7,649 nt of DNA from Candidatus Iainarchaeum sp. (GTDB lineage Archaea; Iainarchaeota; Iainarchaeia; Iainarchaeales; CSSED10-239): NCBI GenBank assembly GCA_028693335.1, contig JAQUVR010000029.1, positions 1 to 7,649 of the forward strand. The letters are read 5' to 3'. A program made the position numbers and the translations under genes. A model generated the notes under the pieces. The model saw only the letters and a program-made list of their open reading frames with translations. It had not been told where the DNA came from and ran no database searches. Shown here one piece after another: positions 1 to 5,725 of this stretch. Every line of letters starts with the position of its first letter. The stretch's first letter is position 1.

Positions 1-679
1 TAAGAACAATATGCGAAGTTTTAAAATTTTGTGCAACAATGCTAATTGTGTGTGTTCCAATTTTGTTCATTACAGATCCATCTGAAAAAATAACATCTGC
101 ACCTGTTAAAAAAAAATCAATTTTTTTAAGATAACTGGCAACAGCAGAGTCAACTATTTGAATGGTCTTTATTCCATAATCGCTTAATTCTTTTGCTGTA
201 ATTCTTCCTTGATATCTTGGTCTTGTTTCTGTACAAAAAACTGTAAAATCTATTCCTTTGTCATAAGCTTTTTTTAAAGATCTTTCTACAAGATTTGAAT
301 GGCAATGAGTTAAGACTATTGTTCCATCTGTTATTAGTTGACTAGTTGTGTCAACAATTTTTTGATTATTTTTTATAATGTTTATTCCATATTCATCAAT
401 TGCTTTAATTAATTTTTCTCTATCCTCTTTTTTTGAAAACTCTTGTGCATGTATTAAAATATAGTTAAGTGAGTTTCTAAGTTTTGGTTCATTCATTCTT
501 TGTTTAATTAAATGATTTATATTTTCTGTAAGTTCATTAATAAACTCTAATTCTACTTTATTTGTTTTTTGAATATAGTTATATATTGCTCCAATTGCTG
601 CAAGTTCAATTCTACTAGCTCCTTGTATTTTTATATCTTTTATATCTTGTGCTATTTTTTTAACATTTAGATCTATCAT
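1..679 (-). CDS. eIF-2B alpha/beta/delta-family protein, most likely ribose-1,5-bisphosphate isomerase (N-terminal ~226 codons; C-terminus lies beyond the left edge)
   Basis: Absent from the ORF track because there is no stop in the window. The reverse complement from ATG (679-677) stays open to position 1. It reads MIDLNVKKIAQDIKDIKIQGASRIELAAIGAIYNY...TDGTIVLTHCHSNLVERSLKKAYDKGIDFTVFCTETRPRYQGRITAKELSDYGIKTIQIVDSAVASYLKKIDFFLTGADVIFSDGSVMNKIGTHTISIVAQ. The blocks THCHS, TETRPxxQG, VDSA and GAD...G...NKIGT are hallmarks of the e2b2/MtnA family, and from memory the match to Thermococcus kodakarensis R15P isomerase TK0185 is close. GGTGA (rc of 686-690) lies 6 nt upstream of the ATG. Confidence 0.85.
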   Translation of the reverse strand, partial: MIDLNVKKIAQDIKDIKIQGASRIELAAIGAIYNYIQKTNKVELEFINELTENINHLIKQRMNEPKLRNSLNYILIHAQEFSKKEDREKLIKAIDEYGINIIKNNQKIVDTTSQLITDGTIVLTHCHSNLVERSLKKAYDKGIDFTVFCTETRPRYQGRITAKELSDYGIKTIQIVDSAVASYLKKIDFFLTGADVIFSDGSVMNKIGTHTISIVAQNFKTSHIVL

Positions 680-833
680 TGTTTTTCACCTATAAATAAA
701 AGGAAAATAGATTTATATTTAAAGGTTTCTTCTCTATTATTTATATATTTTATATATATTTTTCTTATTTTAAAAAAGGAAAAAAAGACTATTTAAACAT
801 ATTTTTATATTTTTTAAGAAAAGGTGAGTTTTT
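680..833. promoter_or_regulatory. Divergent intergenic region presumably carrying archaeal TATA/BRE promoters for the e2b2-like gene (minus) and ftsZ (plus)
   Basis: 154 nt of non-coding, almost pure A/T sequence lies between two divergent starts. TATA-like candidates are TTTATATA at 740-747 (plus) and AAATATAAAT (rc of about 711-720) for the minus gene. Shine-Dalgarno GGTGA elements sit at 686-690 (minus) and 823-827 (plus). No transcription start can be assigned from sequence alone. Confidence 0.35.
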
Positions 834-2003
834 TTGTCAGATAGCTTAGGAACAAGCAGAGTTGTAGCAAAAGATGCTAATAGTGAAAAAATCCAATTAA
901 GTGATGATCAAGATTTAGAAGAATTTTTGAGATCTTCTCTTCCAAACATATATGTAATTGGTGTTGGTGGAAGTGGAGGTAATAGTCTTGATCGTATGAA
1001 TCGTGTAGGTATTGAAGGCACTGCAATGATTGCCATGAATACTGATGCTCAAGCACTTTTAAAAATAAAAGCAGATAAAAAAATGCTTATTGGTAAAAAA
1101 ACAACAAGAGGTCTTGGAGCAGGATCTAATCCAGATGTTGGAAAGGGTGCTGCAGAAGAATCAAAAGAAGATATTAAAAAAGTTTTAAAAGATGCAGACA
1201 TGGTTTTTGTTACTTGTGGTCTTGGTGGTGGAACTGGAACAGGCGCTATACCAGAAGTTTCAAAGATAGTTAAAGAAAATAATGCTTTGTGTATTGGTGT
1301 TGTAACTTTACCATTTGCAGTTGAAGGTAAACAAAGAATTGAAAATGCTTTATCTGGTCTTGAAAGATTAAGAAAAGAAGTTGACACTTTAATTATTATT
1401 CCAAATGATAAAATTTTAGAAATTGCACCTGATTTGCCATTGCAAATAGCTTTTCAAGAAGTTGATAAAATTTTAACCCATTCTGTTAAGGGAATAATTG
1501 AGTTAGTAACTAGAGCTGGAATTATTAATCTTGATTTTGCAGATCTAAGAACAATATTATCTAATGGTGGTCTTGCAATGATTGGTGTTGGAGAAAGTAC
1601 TGCAACAAACAGAGGCAATAATGATTCTAGAGCAATTGAGGCCGTAGAAGACGCATTAACATCTCCTTTATTAGATATAGATATATCTAATGCAAAAAAA
1701 GCACTTGTAAATGTAATTGGTGGCGCAGATATGACACTTAAGGAAGCAGAAGTGATTGTTGAAACAGTTGCGTCAAGAATAAGTCAGGAAGCACACATAA
1801 TTTGGGGTGCTATGATTGATGATGATATTCCAAGAAGTGCAATAAAAGTAATGGTTGTTATTGCTGGTGCTGATATTCCTTATCTTTCAGAAATTAATGG
1901 ACTCACAAGTAATAGCACAACAATGATTGAAGATAAAAAACAAAAGGACGAACCAAAAGATAAACTATTTAATCAAGCAGAGAAGGTTATTAAAAATAAT
2001 TGA
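834..2003 (+). CDS. ftsZ: Cell division GTPase FtsZ (tubulin homologue)
   Basis: Contains GVGGSGGNSLDRM (nucleotide-binding loop), the tubulin signature GLGGGTGTGAIP and the T7 loop NLDFADLRT, plus an acidic N-terminal leader and a charged C-terminal tail. Translation must start at TTG 834: the in-frame stop TGA at 825-827 closes the frame upstream, and the first ATG falls after the Gly-rich loop. GGTGA at 823-827 lies 6 nt upstream of the TTG. Confidence 0.97.
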   Translation: MSDSLGTSRVVAKDANSEKIQLSDDQDLEEFLRSSLPNIYVIGVGGSGGNSLDRMNRVGIEGTAMIAMNTDAQALLKIKADKKMLIGKKTTRGLGAGSNPDVGKGAAEESKEDIKKVLKDADMVFVTCGLGGGTGTGAIPEVSKIVKENNALCIGVVTLPFAVEGKQRIENALSGLERLRKEVDTLIIIPNDKILEIAPDLPLQIAFQEVDKILTHSVKGIIELVTRAGIINLDFADLRTILSNGGLAMIGVGESTATNRGNNDSRAIEAVEDALTSPLLDIDISNAKKALVNVIGGADMTLKEAEVIVETVASRISQEAHIIWGAMIDDDIPRSAIKVMVVIAGADIPYLSEINGLTSNSTTMIEDKKQKDEPKDKLFNQAEKVIKNN

Positions 2004-2040
2004 TTTTTGATCTGTTTTATTAAAAGTAATGGCTTTTTAA
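2004..2040 (+). terminator. Possible oligo-T archaeal terminator after ftsZ
   Basis: T5 follows the TGA stop directly (2004-2008), with T4 at 2015-2018. A weak hairpin AAAAG/CTTTT (about 2022-2037) is followed by further T residues. Read-through into secE cannot be excluded. Confidence 0.3.
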
Positions 2041-2081
2041 AGAATTTTAATCATATATTATTTTATTAATAGTGAGAAAAT

Positions 2082-2258
2082 ATGAAAATATTTAAAAAAA
2101 TAAAAGAATTTTTTATATCAACAAAAAGAATTTTATCAATAGCAACAAAACCAAGTAAAAAAGAATTTTTAACAATGTCAAAAGTTGTTGGGCTTGGAAT
2201 GGTTGTTATTGGTGTTATTGGTTTTGTTGTAAAAATAATTATGAATTTAATTAGTTAG
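2082..2258 (+). CDS. secE: Protein translocase subunit SecE / Sec61-gamma (58 aa, single C-terminal TM helix)
   Basis: Not in the ORF track (too short). Hand translation gives MKIFKKIKEFFISTKRILSIATKPSKKEFLTMSKVVGLGMVVIGVIGFVVKIIMNLIS*. The KEFxxxxxR...KPxKxEFLxxxKVxxLGxxxIGxIGFxV block aligns with archaeal SecE such as the Methanocaldococcus protein (from memory). It sits in the conserved slot immediately upstream of spt5. AGTGA at 2071-2075 lies 6 nt upstream of the ATG. Confidence 0.88.
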   Translation: MKIFKKIKEFFISTKRILSIATKPSKKEFLTMSKVVGLGMVVIGVIGFVVKIIMNLIS

Positions 2259-2266
2259 TGATAATT

Positions 2267-2704
2267 ATGATATTTACAGTTAGAACAACAGTTGGTCAGG
2301 AAAAAGTTGTTATTGATATCTTATATAATAAGATAAAAGATGATGAACTACCAGCATATTCATTAGTAGAAATGGCAGATTTAAAGGGATATATTTTAAT
2401 TGAAGCTGATTCTGAAAAAACAGTTGAATTATTAATTCACAATGTTCCACACATAAAAGGTGGGCAAATTGTTTCCGGAAAAATAAATGTTAAAGAAATT
2501 GCTGGAATATTAGAGTCTAGACCATTAATGAGTTCAATAAAACCAGGACAAACAGTGGAAGTAATCTTAGGTCCATTTAAGGGATCTAGAGCAAAGGTTA
2601 CAAGAGTAAATGTTGCAAAAGAAGAGGTAGTTATTGAATTATTTGATGCAACAGTTAAAATTCCAATAACAATAAAAGCAGAAAATATTAAATTGTTAAG
2701 TTAA
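2267..2704 (+). CDS. spt5: Transcription elongation factor Spt5 (archaeal NusG), NGN + KOW domains
   Basis: The N-terminus MIFTVRTTVGQEKVV is the typical archaeal Spt5 start. The KOW motif is KPGQTVEVILGPFKGSRAKVTRV. The track starts the ORF at GTG 2258, but that GTG lies inside the AGTGA Shine-Dalgarno element (2257-2261), which sits 5 nt upstream of ATG 2267. I therefore prefer 2267. The secE stop (2256-2258) overlaps this SD, suggesting translational coupling. Confidence 0.93.
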   Translation: MIFTVRTTVGQEKVVIDILYNKIKDDELPAYSLVEMADLKGYILIEADSEKTVELLIHNVPHIKGGQIVSGKINVKEIAGILESRPLMSSIKPGQTVEVILGPFKGSRAKVTRVNVAKEEVVIELFDATVKIPITIKAENIKLLS

Positions 2705-2729
2705 AAAATAAAAAGAGAGTGAAAAATTT

Positions 2730-3197
2730 ATGGCAACAATAAAAGTTTTAGTAGATGCAGGAAAAGCAAATGCAGGTCCACCAATTGGTCCAGCATTAGG
2801 TCCATTAGGTGTAAATACAGTTGATGTTGTTAAAGAAATAAATAAAGCAACAAAAGATTTAGAAGGTATGCAAGTACCAGTAAAGATACATATTAATTCA
2901 GACAAATCATATTCTGTAGAAGTTGGTGCTCCATTAACAAGTGCATTAATAAAAAAAGAATTAAACTTGAAAAAAGCATCAGGTGTTCCAAACACAAATT
3001 TTGTTGGTAATTTAACTTTTGATCAATTAATTAAAATAACAAAAGCAAAATATCCACAATTAATTTCAAGAAACATGGAATCTGGTCTTAAAGAAGTTGT
3101 TGGAACCTGTAGATCTCTGGGTGTAACTATTGATGGATTAAGCCCAGAAGAGATTACTAAAAAAATAAATAATCAAGAATATAAGGGAAAATATTAA
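2730..3197 (+). CDS. rpl11: 50S ribosomal protein uL11
   Basis: MATIKVLVDAGKANAGPPIGPALGPLGVNTVDVVKEIN is the canonical uL11 N-terminal domain (PPxGPALGxxGVN). The length of 155 aa is typical for archaea. GAGAGTGA lies upstream (2715-2722). Confidence 0.97.
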   Translation: MATIKVLVDAGKANAGPPIGPALGPLGVNTVDVVKEINKATKDLEGMQVPVKIHINSDKSYSVEVGAPLTSALIKKELNLKKASGVPNTNFVGNLTFDQLIKITKAKYPQLISRNMESGLKEVVGTCRSLGVTIDGLSPEEITKKINNQEYKGKY

Positions 3198-3225
3198 TTA
3201 TTTCCTTGATTTTTCTATTTTTTCT
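3198..3225 (+). terminator. Probable oligo-T terminator after rpl11
   Basis: T5 (3210-3214) and T6 (3218-3223) follow the TAA stop in a non-coding AT-rich spacer. Archaeal RNA polymerase terminates at such oligo-T runs. Confidence 0.4.
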
Positions 3226-3292
3226 TAAATTTGTTAAAAGAAATATATTTTTATATACTATTTTCTTATATTTTATAAAATATATTTTAAAT
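3226..3292 (+). promoter_or_regulatory. Candidate promoter for the downstream surface-protein/MetAP operon
   Basis: TATA-like elements are TTTTTATATA (3248-3257) and TTTATAAA (3272-3279), in the spacer between the rpl11 terminator region and the next coding region. No experimental anchor is available. Confidence 0.3.
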
Positions 3293-3365
3293 ATGGTGAT
3301 TAATTATAAAAAAATTATTAAACTTTTCAATAACAATATTTTTATTTTTTATATCTTTAAATTTA

Positions 3366-3827
3366 GTGTGCTCTGCAGACTTTGCAATAACAGATCTTTC
3401 AGTGCCAAAAATAGTTTATGAAGATTCTAATTTTGATATAAATATTTTTGTGGCAAACACAGGATCTGCTTCTGCAAATGTTGATCTTGATATAGAGTTG
3501 TACAGACCAAATGTTCCAGTCTTAATATTTAATAAAAATGGAAATTCCATTCCTGGTAATTCAATTGGGATTGTTAATTTTGAATTTATTAATGTTGATA
3601 CTAATTTTTCAAATAGTCAATATATTATAAGAGCAGTAATTACTAATGAAGATCCCGTTAGTGGAAAAGCAATAAATAATACAATTACAAAATATTTTGT
3701 GGTTTCAAGAGCTCAAAGAAAAACACCTATTCCAGATATGCCAATATTTTTTGGATTGATTGTTGGTGTTTTTATTGGTGTTTTATTTTTGTCTTCTAAA
3801 AAAAATATTAATGGTACAAATAAATGA
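3366..3827 (+). CDS. CARDB-like (Ig-fold adhesion-type) surface protein with C-terminal TM anchor; the true N-terminus probably lies upstream (about 3293-3306, see findings)
   Basis: DFAITDLSVPKIVYEDSNFDINIFVANTGSASANVDLDIELY...YIIRAVITNEDPVSGKAINNTITKYFVV follows the CARDB pattern DLxIxxIxVP...hxIxVxVxNxGxxxA...hxLY...YxIxAxV...E...NN. The C-terminus is PIPDMP, then a hydrophobic helix IFFGLIVGVFIGVLFL, then SSKKN. Coordinates given are the track ORF (GTG start). The stop overlaps the MetAP start (ATGA at 3824-3827). Confidence 0.7.
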   Translation: MCSADFAITDLSVPKIVYEDSNFDINIFVANTGSASANVDLDIELYRPNVPVLIFNKNGNSIPGNSIGIVNFEFINVDTNFSNSQYIIRAVITNEDPVSGKAINNTITKYFVVSRAQRKTPIPDMPIFFGLIVGVFIGVLFLSSKKNINGTNK

Positions 3828-4744
3828 ACGAAACAGAAATACAGATTTTAAAAAAATCTGGGCAAATAACAAATAAAGCACAGAAATTCGCAAAAAAAAT
3901 TATTGTGCCTGGTGTAAGTCTTTTTGATGTTGGTACAAAGATTGAACAATTTATTAAAGAGCAAGGTGCACAACCAGCATTTCCAGTAAATCTTTCAATT
4001 GATAATCAAGCCGCACATAATTCATATAGTGATGAAGAATTATTAATTTCTGAAGATATGATTTTAAAGGTAGATATTGGTTCACAAATTGATGGATATA
4101 TTACTGATTCTGCACAAACAATTATTTTTAATAAAAAACATGAATTGTTAAAAGAAGCAAGTTTTAATGCATTAATAAGTGCAAAAAATTATCTTTTTGA
4201 AAATCTTAATTCTGCAAGAGTTTGTGATATTGGAGAAATTATTGAAAATAAAATTTCTTCTTATGGCTTTAAACCAATTTGCAATTTAACAGGTCACTTT
4301 ATTTCAAAATATTTAACACATGATTCTCCATCTATTCCAAATGTAAAAAACAATAACAATTTGAAATTTATTGATCTTTGTGATCAAAAATGGTTTGCAA
4401 TCGAACCATTTGCATCAACTGGTAAAGGCGAGATCTTTGAAGGTGCTAATGTTTATATTTTTCAATATTTAGAAGATCGCCCAATAAGAAATCCAAATTC
4501 AAGAAAAATATTAGAAGAAATAAAGCAATTTAATGGCCTTCCCTTTTCAGAATTTTGGGTAGGTAAAGAAATGTCTGCTTTTGATAGAAAGTTTGCATTA
4601 CGTGAATTATTAAGACAACAGATAATTTCAAGTTATCCTGTTTTATTAGAAAAACAAAATACCTTAGTTTCTCAATGTGAGACCAGTTTTTCAATCAATG
4701 ATAAAGAGATAATTGATTTGGTGAATATTGATGAGCTCTACTGA
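3824..4744 (+). CDS. map: Methionine aminopeptidase, type 2 (archaeal/eukaryotic, peptidase M24A)
   Basis: Collinear with Pyrococcus furiosus MetAP (from memory): QPAFPVNLSIDNQAAH, LKVDIGSQIDGYITDSAQT (both Asp ligands), NLTGHFISKY (His ligand), FAIEPFASTG (Glu ligand) and VSQCETSF (last Glu ligand). The type-2 helical insert is present (RKILEEIKQFNGLPFSEFW). Confidence 0.93.
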   Translation: MNETEIQILKKSGQITNKAQKFAKKIIVPGVSLFDVGTKIEQFIKEQGAQPAFPVNLSIDNQAAHNSYSDEELLISEDMILKVDIGSQIDGYITDSAQTIIFNKKHELLKEASFNALISAKNYLFENLNSARVCDIGEIIENKISSYGFKPICNLTGHFISKYLTHDSPSIPNVKNNNNLKFIDLCDQKWFAIEPFASTGKGEIFEGANVYIFQYLEDRPIRNPNSRKILEEIKQFNGLPFSEFWVGKEMSAFDRKFALRELLRQQIISSYPVLLEKQNTLVSQCETSFSINDKEIIDLVNIDELY

Positions 4745-5717
4745 TATCTTTAACAAAAATAATTTATTTAAATTATTTTTAATAATCTTATCTGTAATAA
4801 TTTGGGTTTATTTTTATGTTTCTAGTAAATTAAGTTTAGATCTATTAATTATTTTTGATATTCAATCAATTATTAATACAGTCTTTACTTTTAATTTTTT
4901 ATTATTTTTATTATTTTTTCCATTGCCAACAATAATTATTATTGCTATGTCATTTAATGATAATAAAAAAATTAATATTATTCAAATTATTTTTAGTTTG
5001 TTATTTGCAACAATAATTTCAATGATTGTATTTAAGCTAAATTATGTTTTTTTGATATTTTTTATGCTTTATTTAATTTTACACATAATAATTAGTATAA
5101 TTGCAAGTAATAAATTTAATGACAATAAGGAAAAAAAAATTATATCTATTTCAAATTCTATAAGTTCCATTGTTGCAATTCTTTTTGCAGTTATTTTATT
5201 CTTAATTGTTTTTATATCTATTTTACCTGATCAAAAAATAAAAGCAGAGCAAATGGAAATAGGGATTGTTAATTTGTTTGTTGGAGATGATTTATCTAAT
5301 TGGATTGGCACCTCCTATAGTATAAGTAGACAATGTACTGTAGCTAATGTTGATTATATTATGGGCTCTAGTCAATACAGAGCATTATCCCAAAACACAA
5401 ACAAAGAATCGACTGCGTTTGTAAATTACATGGAAGACCTTAAAGAAAAGAACACAAAAACAAAAACAGACAAAGAAATCATGGCTATGTATCCAGATCT
5501 TACCGCTGATAACATACGTGGCAAGGTTCTTGAAACCATTAAATCAATTCCATTGATGAGAATAATAGAGTCCAATTTTGCAATAATTTTTGCTTTTTTG
5601 ATTGTATCTATTGTTTATTTTTATTTCTGGATTGCTTTTTTAATTAGTTCAATATTTGTGGTATTATTTTATAATCTTTTTAATATTGGAGAAAATGTTG
5701 AAAATTCAACAAATTAG
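4731..5717 (+). CDS. Hypothetical polytopic membrane protein (about 5 N-terminal TM helices, ~110-aa soluble loop, C-terminal hydrophobic hairpin); no family recognised
   Basis: Long ORF with strongly hydrophobic segments separated by Lys-rich loops (NDNKKIN, NKFNDNKEKK). GGTGA at 4720-4724 lies 6 nt upstream of ATG 4731, which is preferred over the track's TTG 4728. The start overlaps the end of map by 14 nt. Coding status is supported by length, and by the overlap with map upstream and the 8-nt gap to the next gene. Confidence 0.72.
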   Translation: MSSTDIFNKNNLFKLFLIILSVIIWVYFYVSSKLSLDLLIIFDIQSIINTVFTFNFLLFLLFFPLPTIIIIAMSFNDNKKINIIQIIFSLLFATIISMIVFKLNYVFLIFFMLYLILHIIISIIASNKFNDNKEKKIISISNSISSIVAILFAVILFLIVFISILPDQKIKAEQMEIGIVNLFVGDDLSNWIGTSYSISRQCTVANVDYIMGSSQYRALSQNTNKESTAFVNYMEDLKEKNTKTKTDKEIMAMYPDLTADNIRGKVLETIKSIPLMRIIESNFAIIFAFLIVSIVYFYFWIAFLISSIFVVLFYNLFNIGENVENSTN

Positions 5718-5725
5718 TGATGATG

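Noticed and set aside
1049-1387. 112-aa minus-strand ORF from the track
   Set aside because: It lies entirely antisense to the most conserved core of ftsZ. Its Pro/Ser/Thr-rich low-complexity translation is the mirror image of the Gly-rich FtsZ motifs, which is typical of a shadow ORF.
2696-2995. 99-aa minus-strand ORF from the track
   Set aside because: It is antisense to the conserved N-terminal domain of uL11, has no SD and no recognisable motif, so it is a shadow ORF.
3206-3421. 71-aa plus-strand ORF (MIFLFFLKFVKRNIFLY...)
   Set aside because: It is the translation of an AT-rich intergenic spacer (Phe/Ile/Lys/Asn low complexity) and runs across the likely terminator and promoter. Only its ATG at 3293 may matter, as a possible frameshifted start of the CARDB-like gene (see findings).
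3824-4744. MetAP as a possible inactive pseudo-enzyme, because the usual E-H-T after the last metal ligand reads E-T-S and the C-terminus is extended
   Set aside because: All five metal-ligand positions (D, D, H, E, E) and the substrate-pocket His in QAAH align with the P. furiosus enzyme. The substituted His is not a metal ligand, as far as I recall.
5131-5139. A9 homopolymer in the membrane-protein gene (also A9 at 6974-6982 in the surface-protein gene) as a phase-variation tract
   Set aside because: A run of equal length occurs in the housekeeping e2b2-like gene (A9 at 108-116, followed by T7 at 121-127). Here the runs simply encode Lys-Lys-Lys or Phe-Phe in an extremely AT-rich genome, and all are in frame. 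Only the A7 at 3308-3314 coincides with an actual frame discontinuity.
4731-5717. Polytopic membrane protein as the missing FlaJ/PilC platform partner of the ATPase, or as an archaeosortase for the PIP-TM-KK signal
   Set aside because: It is on the opposite strand from the ATPase. Its large loop is predicted to face outside, whereas T2SSF domains are cytoplasmic. I see none of the exosortase/archaeosortase Cys/Arg/His motif context, since its single Cys lies in the soluble loop. Profile searches should still be run.
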